Shown in pieces: positions 1 through 15,738 of a stretch of DNA of 64,000 nucleotides. A program made the translations under genes and the position numbers. How positions within the stretch are numbered: the stretch's first letter is position 1; every line of letters starts with the position of its first letter. This DNA comes from Adineta vaga (Eukaryota > Animalia > Rotifera). The stretch is taken from positions 2,108,001 through 2,172,000 of the forward strand of contig CP075496.1 in NCBI GenBank assembly GCA_021613535.1. The letters run 5' to 3'. The notes below the pieces were generated by a model. It did no database searches. It saw only the letters and a list, made by a program, of their open reading frames with translations, and was not told the DNA's origin.

Positions 1-2
1 TA

Positions 3-458
3 GATGGACGTCCTCGTCCATTGAATATTGAACATGGAATGAAAAATTTGAAATTCGATCGACGTGGTGAACAACTTCGTTGTCAACCGAAAACGATTAA
101 ATCTGAAATTGATCAATATAAGGAAGAACATCTCCCAACACATGATTTACATTTCTATGATGTTCATCGTTTAATCATTGAACCAAATGAATCAATTGAA
201 ATTCTTCGTCAAACAGAAAATCGTTTTCATTTATGTATGTTAGTTGAAGGTGATGCTATTGAAATTGAATTCAATTCCATTGATAATCAACAACAAAAAC
301 AAATTCAACAATATAATTATATCGAAACATTCCTTATTCCAGCATCAATACAAGAATATCGTCTGCGACCAATTATTAAGCAACAACAAAAGACAGCTCG
401 AAAATTTGTTTTGATTATTGCTTTTCTCAAATGGGATTGTGAAAAATTACTCGACTAA
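3..458 (+). CDS. Phosphomannose isomerase type I-like (cupin) protein, bacterial-type; 3' end only
   Basis: The frame is open from the window edge: DGRPRPLNIEHGMKNLKFDRRG...HFYDVHR...HLCMLVEG...YIETFLIPA. This resembles the C-terminus of Bacteroidetes-type class I mannose-6-phosphate isomerase proteins (recalled motif similarity). Stop TAA at 456-458. Confidence 0.7.
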   Translation, partial: DGRPRPLNIEHGMKNLKFDRRGEQLRCQPKTIKSEIDQYKEEHLPTHDLHFYDVHRLIIEPNESIEILRQTENRFHLCMLVEGDAIEIEFNSIDNQQQKQIQQYNYIETFLIPASIQEYRLRPIIKQQQKTARKFVLIIAFLKWDCEKLLD

Positions 459-461
459 GAC

Positions 462-2052
462 TTACTTTGGAGGAGGACGATGTGGAAGTGTTAACATTGC
501 AGCTGATTGAACACGACGTATTGGTGTTTGTTCATTATCTAAATATTTCAATAGGAAATCTTTGTTTTTTGTTTATGTATTTCTTTTCACTTCTTATACC
601 AATATCAGGTTGTTTAACAAGTTGAGTATCTGATACACATCGTTCATTATCAGTATCTTGTGCAAATCGAACTGTTTTCTTCTAAAAAAAATAATTTTTT
701 TATGAATTATTTGAAAAACGAAATTATTCATACTTGTATTTCCATATCTTTCAATAATTTTGTATTGATTACTTCCAAACTATCTTTCACACGAGCTTTT
801 TCACCAATAGTTCGTGTTTGTGGTGCACTTCCTTTTCTCATCGGAACTATTGGTTTATTATTTGATAGATTACTTTCAATCGAAGGCGATCGTTTAAGAA
901 TACTCTTTTGTTTTTTATTCGTTTCACTTTCATTTCCATCGAGTGAGGTAGGTTTTTGCATAATATTTGATTTTCCATTTGTTTTACCTGCACCTAACCA
1001 TGCTGCTACTTGTTCATCACCAGTAACAGGAGTATTTTTAACAAAGAAACTTTCATGATAACTTCGACGTAATAATTCTTGTTGCTCATCGATGGTTTTC
1101 GTATCAAATGCTGAAGTATTCAGAGGTTTTTTTTGTGGAATATTTACAATAGGAGTTGGTCGGACAATGGGTCCACTGATTTTCTGTGGCTGATAACGGT
1201 TTGCTTCTTCCAAACTATCAATACTTTCACGATCCCATGTATTTGTTTCATCATATTGTTGTTGTTGTGATGATGAAGTGTAGATTGAACTTGAGCAGCG
1301 AAATCATTTAGTACCTGACGTTGAACTTCTTGTAAAGGTGAAGTATATTGAACGGGATTGATATATTGTGGCACTTGAACGACAGAATTAGTTCGTGCTA
1401 AAACGGAAGGATTTCTTGGATCAGATTTGTATGGATTATAAATCGGTTGTTGTGATCCTAATTCTTCCATTGATATCGATCGACGAAAAGTTATATTTGC
1501 TCTTGGTCGCTGTTGTAGATTCGTAGGTGGTCGTCTTGGTGTAGATCGATTCGATAGTTGACGTCCTGTGATTGTTTCAATTGCTCGATCGAATTTTTCG
1601 GGATCTTTAAATAATAACATAACGTTTTTATTGATCAAATTTAGTAAGAATAAAACGTTTCATTTACCCATTACAGTAAATCCTGGAAGATTTCGTTGAA
1701 ATCGCATTGTTGCTTGTACGGTTGCTGCTTTCCGTTGTGCTAAAATTGCCTGACGTTTTCGTTCGATGGCATCATTAGCTTCTTGTTCACGTTTCTTATA
1801 TGATCTAAAACAAATTTAATAATTCACTTTGAAACGGAAGATATTTTATATACATACTTGCATCGCTCAGCTGTTTCTTTCATAATTTCTCGTTCACGAA
1901 CAATTCGTAATGAACGTTCTTGAAGAAATTCTTGTCGCCAACTTTCAAATTGTTCATCTTGATCACTAAAATATACAATAAAAATCGAGTCTTACGAATA
2001 AAAATTTTCAAATCTACACTTACGATGGCATCATTCGTTCTACCCAAGCCAT
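462..2052 (-). CDS. Multi-exon coiled-coil/low-complexity protein, possibly CEP126-like
   Basis: ATG at 2052 (MAWVERMMPS|gtaag), followed by short GT-AG introns joining exons at ~1856-1965, ~1668-1803, ~1250-1605, ~733-1213, ~590-681 and 462-538. The N-terminal helix RQAILAQRKAATVQATMRFQR weakly recalls CEP126. The 3' end is ambiguous (TAA at 464-462, or an AA|GTAAGT donor). Confidence 0.55.
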
Positions 2053-2159
2053 ATCAAAATATCTACAAAAACAAAACGTTGATAAACTCATGTTCAGGAA
2101 GATAAAACGAAAAGATTAAGGTCATTTATACAAAAAAGAGAAGAATAAAAATGTTGCGT

Positions 2160-3272
2160 TTAGTTGTCTTTCATATGAGCCAAAGAGAATTTATCCAAAC
2201 CACCGTAAGCAAAAACTCGTCCACCTAACATAGAATCCAATGCATAAATTGGCTTTGTCAATGGTAAACGTGCAAGTTCTTGATTTGTTTCAGAATTAAT
2301 CACATGACATGCACATGTACCACTACCAACTGCTATGATCGTTTTATTATCACATAATTGAGCAGAATACATAAATTCACCTTTTTCATTATCAGCATTC
2401 GGAACATCCAATGTTTTTATTAAACCCATAGTTCGAAAATCCCATAATTGAAGTGAATTTTTACATGTCCATGATGCAGTTAAAATATCATTTCCACGTG
2501 CATCAATTCCTTCACCACAAATATGTGGACCAGCAATTTCTTCAGTCATGGCATCTTTTTGACGAATATCCCAAAATTTAACAACATTATCCCAACCAGC
2601 TGTTAATAAGATATTTCGATGATCAGGATGAAATTTACATGCAAATGCACGATGATAATGACCTGTTGTACATGTTAATTCATCATTTTGACTATTACGT
2701 CGACCAAGAATTTGTTCTAATTGTGTATCATTACGTTGATTATTATATTTATGTATAATCATTGTTTTTTCACTATCATAAACTCGAACATGTGCATCTT
2801 TTCCAACAGTTGCAAAATGTTTTCCATCGAAAGAAAAATCCATCGATGTTAATTCATTATCAATTTCATAAGTAAGAACACTTAATTGATCAGTTTTCTT
2901 ATCAATTTGTCGAATTGTTCCATCAACACATGCTGCATAAAGACAATGACTTGCTAATGGATGCCATTTTAATGACATAATTGGTAAATCCATTGAAAGA
3001 CGTCGTAGATGTTCAATCGGTGGTAAACTACTTGCTAAATATTCATTTGTTTGTTTACCATTGGTGACAGAAAATAATCGTATAGATCCATCACCATAAC
3101 CGACAGCTAATTGATCAAGTTCATCAGAAAAACGAAGTGAAAAAATACCACCATTTGCATGAACATCATGTGAGAATAATGTTTTTGCACTACGAAAATT
3201 ATCAATTAATTTAATACCAACAGTTAATGCACGAGATGCAACAATAGCATCTTCAAGACGACGTTTAGCCAT
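2160..3272 (-). CDS. WD40-repeat protein (intronless)
   Basis: 370-aa ORF with multiple WD repeats (GYGDGSIRLF, VGKDAHVRVYD, GH...AGWDNVVKFWD, LQLWD). Confidence 0.9.
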   Translation of the reverse strand: MAKRRLEDAIVASRALTVGIKLIDNFRSAKTLFSHDVHANGGIFSLRFSDELDQLAVGYGDGSIRLFSVTNGKQTNEYLASSLPPIEHLRRLSMDLPIMSLKWHPLASHCLYAACVDGTIRQIDKKTDQLSVLTYEIDNELTSMDFSFDGKHFATVGKDAHVRVYDSEKTMIIHKYNNQRNDTQLEQILGRRNSQNDELTCTTGHYHRAFACKFHPDHRNILLTAGWDNVVKFWDIRQKDAMTEEIAGPHICGEGIDARGNDILTASWTCKNSLQLWDFRTMGLIKTLDVPNADNEKGEFMYSAQLCDNKTIIAVGSGTCACHVINSETNQELARLPLTKPIYALDSMLGGRVFAYGGLDKFSLAHMKDN

Positions 3273-3341
3273 AATTTTAATTTAAATCAATTTCAATCAA
3301 TATGTTATAGGATTTTACTTTCATCTCCATTAAAGTAAAGG

Positions 3342-3355
3342 AAATACATGACAAC
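3342..3355 (-). promoter_or_regulatory. Candidate RFX X-box upstream of the WD40 gene
   Basis: The minus strand reads GTTGTCATGTATTT, with a strong GTTGYCATG half-site ~80 bp upstream of the ATG. Confidence 0.3.
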
Positions 3356-3492
3356 CAACACAATGCATTCATTTGATACATCAATGCATTGCTATCATCG
3401 AATGAGATTTATGTCTGAATAAACCAATGAAAAAGTACGATTGAGAGAAAAAGAAAGGAAGAATTTTTTATTCATTCATTTAACTTAACATC

Positions 3493-4617
3493 ATGCGTTT
3501 TTTCGTGAAATTAGCTACTTCAACTGTTGGAGTTTTGTGTACGACAGCATCGGCGTATTTTCTTGTCGATGAAAAACGACGATATGGTGTACTTTTTGCT
3601 GCAACAATTTCTCAATCACCTAGTGAAAATAATAGTGATTTAATCAGACCAGATCCTCGAACACTTTCAACACCAATACAATCATGTGAACGATGGAATT
3701 GGAATTGGGATGGGTAAATGTATTGATCTTACTTTTCTTAGTGTGATGATAATTTGTTGTTATAGTCGTCATTCGGAAATGAATAAAACTCGGGCAGTTC
3801 GTCATATTTATCTTATTCGTCATGGACAATATCAAACTCGAACGAAGTTTGAGGATCAAAAACAATTAACTGAATTAGGTGAGTGTTTCATACAGAGATA
3901 TTTCTGATAATTTAAAAAAATTTCATCTTTTCTCACCATTGATTATTTAGGTAATGAACAAGCTGATTGGGCAGGTCGAGCATTAGCAGAATCCAAGATT
4001 CCGTTTACTAGTCTCGTTCAATCAGGTTTAATTCGTGCAATTCAGACAGCATCAATTATCAATAAACATTTAAAATTTGGGAAAATTGAACAAGATATTG
4101 ACTTGAATGAAGGGTATTATGAAAGACTCGTTATCTTTTGTTTATTCAATCTTTTTTTTATTGTTTTTTAGATTTCCTTTTCTTCCAGAACCAGCTGGTA
4201 GATTTGCTGACGATGTCGCCAAAGTAATATTTAAAAATACTTTCATTTAAAAGTACTTTCATTTTCGTTCGAATAGGGCCGTTTAGAATTAGAAACAGCT
4301 CGTATAGAACGAGCTTTTCATCGTCATATTCATCGTCCACTTCCAACTCAAACAGAAGATTCTCATGAACTAATTGTTTGTCATGCGAATGTTATTCGTT
4401 ATTTTGTTTGTCGGTGAGTTTACACATTGAATCATTATCTTTCGGACTTTATATCATCCTTCGTAGAGCATTACAAGTACCAGCTGATGCATGGCTTCGT
4501 TTCAATCTTTTTCATTGCTCAATTACTCATCTTGTCCTTACTTCTGATGGTCGTGTTATCTGTTATGGTATTGGTGATGTTGGACATGTTCCACAAGATC
4601 GACGCTCGTATGTTTAA
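3493..4617 (+). CDS. PGAM5: Mitochondrial Ser/Thr phosphatase PGAM5 (histidine phosphatase family), 6 exons
   Basis: N-terminal hydrophobic anchor, WNWNWD (WDPNWD-like) motif, [33 protein letters not shown] and GDVGHVP. Phase-consistent GT-AG introns. Confidence 0.93.
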
Positions 4618-5566
4618 ATCTTTCCATATAAAAACACTTAGACAACGAATATTAACGGAATGATTTTGCTAACATTCATTCCAGTATAAGACGACCCAGT
4701 AAAGAGCAACAACTCCAACAACAACAATCAAAATCAGTAACTGCATAATTATACTTTAGTAATTTATGCATTCAAGTATGTCCTGTTTCTTCATTGTTCG
4801 TAGGTGAATTGTATTTTTTTAATGTACTAATATATTTTTGCTTTCCTATCGTGATAAACAAAGATCCTTCTGACATATTTGAAATGAAAATTAGTTTATT
4901 TAATTCTTTCCTTTATTTTTTTCTTCAGATAAAGAAAACAAAATCATTCAAGAAATTCAATTCGATTCAAGTATAATAATAATTGTAAAAGAAGTCTTTG
5001 ATGATCATACCATTCATCGGACAGAATAATAGTTTAAATGTACTTTGATTTAATGTTCTTTGTTTGATACGGTAATAAAAAGTTATCAACCCAATATATG
5101 GATGCATCTCAATATATCAATATTCGTATTTTAAATTCTGTCGAATAACTTTGTGATACATCTCTTAACCTACGACTAGACGTGTGACAATCGTGACAAG
5201 GGCAGAAATCATTTATGGAATCAAAGAATATTAAACTAAAGTTGGCAATTAATCATAGCAATGGTTGATACACTGACATTTTCCATTTGTAGACATTATT
5301 TAAACGTACAGGTAAAAATAGCAGGTTCGTGGTTGCATATAGTGATACAGACGTTTGTGCTCAATTATATTGCTATGTATGTCTTCTATAATTATCTGAA
5401 GTGACGATAAGCATTGACAAATTATATACGGACGCGAAAATGCGATCGAATCTAATAGTGATGTTATTTTAGTAAAATGTAAAATTAAGGGTGTGGATGT
5501 GGACGATAGATAGATGTAGTATTCACAACCTCACCCACACCCCACCCTCTTATTAAACTCTCCAAG

Positions 5567-5773
5567 ATATGGAATGAAATCAAAGAAGCATATGCTACTG
5601 ATGTTCATGATCTTGCTAGTCAACATTTACTCACGGCTATTAAATTATCAAAAGAAGTCTTAATGGATTTAAAAAATGATCAACTCAGTCCAGAAAATCT
5701 CGAAGAACAACCACACGAAGTCTTGAACCGGTCAGATGTCTCACTCATTCGTTCTAGTATCCTTGAATTATGA
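5567..5773 (+). pseudogene. Orphan terminal exon / gene relic
   Basis: An acceptor (ctctccaag) is followed by a 69-codon frame, IWNEIKEAYATDVHDLASQH...SILEL*, with coding-like composition. No intact upstream exon was found. Confidence 0.35.
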
Positions 5774-6106
5774 ATTGATTATTTATTTTTAAATAAAACT
5801 ATTTCAGAAATTAGATAAACGTCTAGTATGAATTTGAAATGAAAATATCATTTTAATACATTGACATAGAATGCTCACTGAGTGGAACATGTAGACTGTA
5901 AGAGTCACTTTTATCTCGACATAAATCCATGTATTTCACATCAAGAAAACTCCTTTAATCTATTGAGAATCACAAAAATCCTATTGTATCTTGAAAATAA
6001 AAGAAAAAATATGATTGATTCATTGATATAAAAGAAAGTTTTAAAATATTTCACTCTCGTTTGTTTGTATTCTGAATCACATCTATATGACTAATTTAAA
6101 ATTAAT

Positions 6107-6986
6107 TTAATCAAAAATAAATACACGAAAAATCATCATTATCATGATTAAAATAGATGTCGTCATCTTTCCTCCAGAGTTATTAATAATTTCAGGTTCA
6201 ATATCAATTAACTTTCCATCAATTGTTTCTGTAATTCTATTATTAAACATAAAATTTTTAACAGTTTGTAATGTCGCATTTGTATTACATAGTGTTGGAT
6301 TACAAAAAACCGTAAAGTCAGCTGAACGAGATGATTGTTTTATAGAGACAAAATCTTGTGTAGCTACAAATGTTTTTAATTCGATTTGATTAACAGACAC
6401 TTTTTGTTTGGTCATCTTTGTATTTCTACACGAACGATCTGTTCTATTTTGAAATATTTCATGTGAAATAGAACAAAAACCACGTTTTTCTGCTGTACTA
6501 CATTGATATTCATGATCATTTGAATCATAACAAGCGATACTAGAATCATTGGATGTTTTCAAAGAACTCGAAATAAAAGATGATAATCTTAACATAAATT
6601 CTTCAGTATGATATTGTCGTTCTTTCATAATCATTGTCATATTTGCTGCAAAATCTTGAGCACAATGATCTCTATTATTACATCCATAACGAATATCATA
6701 AATAAAAACGACTGAATTGTTCGGAAATAAACCTATATTAAGCTGTCGAGTGTCTTCATTGAAACCCATAGTGTATAATTCAATTATATAAGATTTAATT
6801 TCAAATGAATAAAGTAGATGTACATTACATGTTGTTGCTGATACAGTTTGATTACATCGATTAGTAATAAGATTGAATGGTTTTGTGAGGGTGTTTGTAT
6901 CGAAACAATTTGTAAGACATTGAAGAGAATCACACGTCAAGAAAAAAAGAAAAGATAAATGGAATGAATGTTTTATACAACAACAT
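6107..6986 (-). CDS. Cys-rich secreted, GPI- or tail-anchored protein; signal peptide out of frame by 1 nt
   Basis: The 277-aa ORF has many Cys, a CNPTLCN motif and a hydrophobic C-terminus. The ATG at 6986 gives MLLYKTFIPFIF, which is offset by one base within a T-rich run. Confidence 0.65.
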
Positions 6987-7502
6987 CACGATGAAACTGA
7001 GAGTATGTTAGTAGAATTCATGAGTATGAATACTCCTAGCTTTTCTTCTCTTCCTTTGTAAATATTTTATTTTAATATGTAAAGAACTATTTATCTTTCT
7101 GTAAAATGCTATGAGAGAATATTGACTTTAGATTTACCCACGTTTATGATTAGTGAAAGTCAATAAAAGAACAGTAAATGTGTAACTATATAGTATTCCT
7201 TTCAACAAAGAATCTACTAACCGATAATCGATTCTGCATATACGAATGTATTCTCTACATACGACAGAGGTCACTATGTGTACTACGAAATCCTATGCCC
7301 TCTATGATACTTTTTCAACTAATTGCTTTTCATTGGTTACGGACGTTGTGCTTCTAGAAACAAGAAGAGAGAACATTCATATTCAGTCAGACAAATAAAC
7401 TTGCGTAAAAACAAAATAAATGTTTCTGTCATTAGAAATAATTGAATCTTCGAAAAATAGTTGATAGTTTATTTTGAATCACTAAACTTTTAACAATTCT
7501 AG

Positions 7503-8073
7503 ATGGATACCGAGACAGCAACAAAACAAGAGAAAGAACGATTACATGCTATTCCAAAAGGTAAACCTAAAGGTGGTCGAACTTGGAAAATGAATAAAGG
7601 ACGGTAAGATCAAACTACAATGTACGTGAATTTTGGTAAAAACATTTGTTATGCATAGATTTTCTGCAATATCTCGACCAAATTCGGTTAAACTTTCATA
7701 TGAAGAACGTATGAAGATGAAAGCTGATTTAAATGAAACTCGTAATCATGAAAAAGAAATGTGGAAAGCTGTCAATGAAAAACGTGATGTAAGAAAATCA
7801 TTTTTCATTTTTTTTTAAAAATCCATTCGGGTTCATTTAGAAATTAAAACAACGACAAAAAGAAAATAAAGAACGTCGTCTTGTTAACGAACGTAAAGGT
7901 GAAGTTCTTCAAGTGGTACGTAGATATTGGAAAACTTGTCAATCATTTTATTCTTCGATTTTCTTTTCGTTTAGATTAAAAATCCTGCTAAAATAAAACG
8001 TATGAAAAAGAAACAATTACGTTCTATTCAAAAACGTGATCTTGATAAAATTAAACCTAAAACTTCTACTTAA
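7503..8073 (+). CDS. CCDC86: Coiled-coil domain-containing protein 86 (Cgr1 family, nucleolar), 4 exons
   Basis: IPKGKPKGGRTWK...[40 protein letters not shown], the characteristic CCDC86 C-terminal region. Confidence 0.88.
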
Positions 8074-8129
8074 TTCGTTGTTATTCATGTGTTTGTTTTA
8101 AATTTTTTTTTTCTTTTCAGATATAAATC

Positions 8130-9133
8130 ATGTATAACGGTATAGGTATAACAACAGCACGTGGTACTGGTACCAATGGTTATGTTCAAAAAAGTTTATC
8201 GTTTGTTCCAACTAAACGTGAACGTGTTGAATATGTTAAGGATGTTGAACTTAAAAAATTGGAAACATTAATTGAAAAAAAAGGAAATGCAGAAATTCTT
8301 GAACATGAAAAGAAACGTCGAATTGAAGTTAAATGTATGGAAATGCGTGATATGATGTTAAATAATGGGTTTGTATAATTGATTCTAAAATTCAATTGAA
8401 AACACTCATTCTTATTCTTATTCTTATGTTTAGATATGATGAAGAAGTTACCAATCAAAAAGTCCAAAAATTCCGAAAAATGCTCGTTGAACGAGAAGGT
8501 CTTTACGATAAAACTGATATTGAATATGATGAATTTGGACGTCCCATGTAAGTTTGCAGAGATTGCAATCATCTATACATTATTTTTCTTATTTTAGTTC
8601 GAAAGAAACTCATCAAGCTGCTCTGGCAAATGATGAAAAAAATCGTAAATTACGTGAAGCATTTGGTATTGGCGAATTCGATCGAAAGAAAATATCACAG
8701 CAAAAAGCAGAAGAAGTCAGAGAACTTGAACGACGTAAAGCTGAATTAGCTAATAAACAATACACGTATGATAAACTAACGAATTCTTGGCCTATTTAAA
8801 ACTTTTTTTCTCTTACAGAATTGTTCAAGAAGTCGAAGAAGAAGAAGATGATGATGAACCAGCAGAAGTTGAACAAAGACAACCAACAAAAAGTGACAAA
8901 GAAAAAAAAGATCATCACCGTCATAAATCACGTGATGAAAAGAAACGTAAAACATCGCCGGAACCAACTAAAGAACGTAGTAGTCACAAACAGTAAATGA
9001 ACATTTTGTTGATCACGAATAATTTCCTAATTCATTCGTTTCGTTTAGTTCGAAAAAACATCGAAGAGATCGCAGCAATGAAAAAGACGAATCACGTCAT
9101 CGTCGACGTCGTGAACGATCATCAAGCGATTAA
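8130..9133 (+). CDS. SRRM2: Cwf21-domain splicing factor (SRRM2/Cwc21-like), short form, 5 exons
   Basis: N-terminus MYNGIGITTARGTGTNGYVQ, cwf21 motif EILEHEKKRRIEVKCME, KETHQ...KNRKLREAFGI, and a short basic tail. Confidence 0.88.
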
Positions 9134-9459
9134 ATAGCTTCAACTTTTCTTTCTTCTATGTATAAAATATCATCGTTTTGTTTTCTTGTATGAACTACCC
9201 GTTTATTCGAACGCAAAGAGTTTTTTTGTTGTCTTCTCTATTAAATGTAATATCTTATTCATGTCAAACGATTTGGAATCAATCAATATCCAAAAACATA
9301 CTAAATTTATTGCGAAAAGAATATGAATAATGAAGATTTGAATGTAAAGCAGTTAGTGACATCATTATTTTTCTGTTCTGTCGAAAAATGTGTTATATAT
9401 CGACCGTTTAGTTTCCTTTCTGGCTGAAAAAAAGGCAGATGTCTGGGTTTTTTTTGTAG

Positions 9460-13834
<4,375 letters not shown>

Positions 13835-14123
13835 TTCGCAAGAAAATTTCTTTGATTTAATAATGAACAAAGATATGAGTGATAAAATTCTTCCGATTGT
13901 TTATCCATTGTATATATATAGATATAGATAGATTAATAGTTTACTTCTTGTTTTTTTTGTTCTTTATGTCTTATTGTTCATGTGTTACTTATTTGATATG
14001 ATAAAGATTCTAATAAAATCAATAGAAAGAAGATTCTTACGCTGGATTTTTATATTATGGAAATGTGTTTGTGCATTTCTAAAAGGGGAAAATATAATCT
14101 TAATGATAAAAACAAACATTAGG

Positions 14124-15588
14124 TTAAGTTTGTGCTTTAAACATAAGATATTTGTACAATCGATCATTTAATGAAGTTTGTTCTTTCAATACTAAAAGAC
14201 GTTTAAAACCGTCATTGAATGAATTAAAACAATAACGACGAATTGTTAAACGACAAAGTTCTTTCAATGATCGACATTCACCTAAACAAAGAAAACAATA
14301 ATAATCAAAAGTCATTGATCCGATTCGTTATACTCACACATCCATTTGATAAATATCGATGGTTCAAGATCAACAATACAAATTGGATCACAACAAAATT
14401 CATAACGTGCTCCAGAATTTGTTGCTTCATTTGGTTCAATTCGTATTGTACGTAATCGAAATTGTGATTCCATATCTGCACCTAAATTAAATCTTGTAAT
14501 CATGCTTTTATCCTCTATTGAATAATACATACCATGGTCATGCATTAATTGTACAAAATGTCGTCGACCCTTTGTTCCTGTATCGAATAATTGTGTACCA
14601 AATGAACGAAATGTATTCCAATGAAGATCTAATATTGGTTTAGCACCACGTTCTAATAACATTTTGAATACATCATAATATCCTCGAATAAAGGATTCCG
14701 CTAGTGGCGGAAGATAAAACATGGATTTGATACCATTTAAAGATGCACCATACGTATGAAGCAACTACAATGATTAAAGTATTTCGAATAAGATGAAAAC
14801 TAAAGGAAAATACTTCGACTGTCTCTGGATCATCATTGACGACAGCGATATCCATCGGTCGTGATGCATAGATATCTTTTTCCGGAAGATTTGGATTTGC
14901 ACCTGAAGAATTTGAGATGATTTCTTCGTTGAATAGTTCCAAATCTTACCTGCTTCCAACAAAAGACGTGTCATTTGTGTCCATTGTCGTCGAATAGCGA
15001 TATGTAATGGACGCATTTCATAAATCGCATTTCCATGTGATGATGCTCCACGTTTGAACAGTATTTGACAAATCTGTATTGCTATGCTCTCATCATACAA
15101 TGGCATAAATGTTAAATTTCCTTGTTCAGATTCATTCGTATTCGATTCTTCTTGACCTAATTCAATTTCTCAGAAAAATAAGCTCAAATATTGAATTGGG
15201 TTTTTCATGCAAAGGTAGCATATCTATTGGAGAGAAATCTTATTTGACTAATGGTGAAGTCCATGCTAACTTACCACCGAGAATATTTACATGCATTAGT
15301 GTTAAACCCGTACATGAAATTTGATTAATCTGATCATCATCAACAAAAAATGACTTGTTAAAATGTTCGTCAATTTCATTTTGATTATCAAGTTTATCTT
15401 GTAATTCAAATAGAAATTTTCGAAAGTATTTCTCACAAAAATGTTCACCAATTTCATTTGGATTCAAAGCTAAAACAATTCGTTTTTTGTTTTGTTCTTC
15501 TTCAATGATTATTTCTCATAAACTAAAACTTACAAAGATTTGTACAGATTATACATTTAGTTCTTTTGATAAGTTTCTTCTCATTCAT
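14124..15588 (-). CDS. Ankyrin repeat and SOCS box protein (ASB-like)
   Basis: Ankyrin repeats (RPLHIAIRRQW...LLLEAGANPN; RPMDIAV; PPLAESF) and a C-terminal SOCS box (RSLKELCRLTIRR...LYKYL). Exons joined by GT-AG introns. Confidence 0.85.
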
Positions 15589-15738
15589 CTATAAATATTA
15601 ACTTGGATGAAAACAAAACGCAGTGATGTTTCTGCAAGTTATTTTTATTTTTCTTTTCTTCTAGTATTTTTCTTTGTGTTTTTTAAACATACAAGAATAT
15701 GCTCAAAACACAAAATCAAAAACAACTAAAACAAGGAT

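Noticed and set aside
660-1058. 132-aa plus-strand ORF, and similar antisense ORFs (15674-16030, 30783-31139, 43167-43421)
   Set aside because: These are shadow frames opposite real exons and have no independent motifs.
15240-15275. Apparent premature stop in the ASB-like gene
   Set aside because: It falls inside an intron (G|gtaagt...ttag|GT CAA) that restores the frame.
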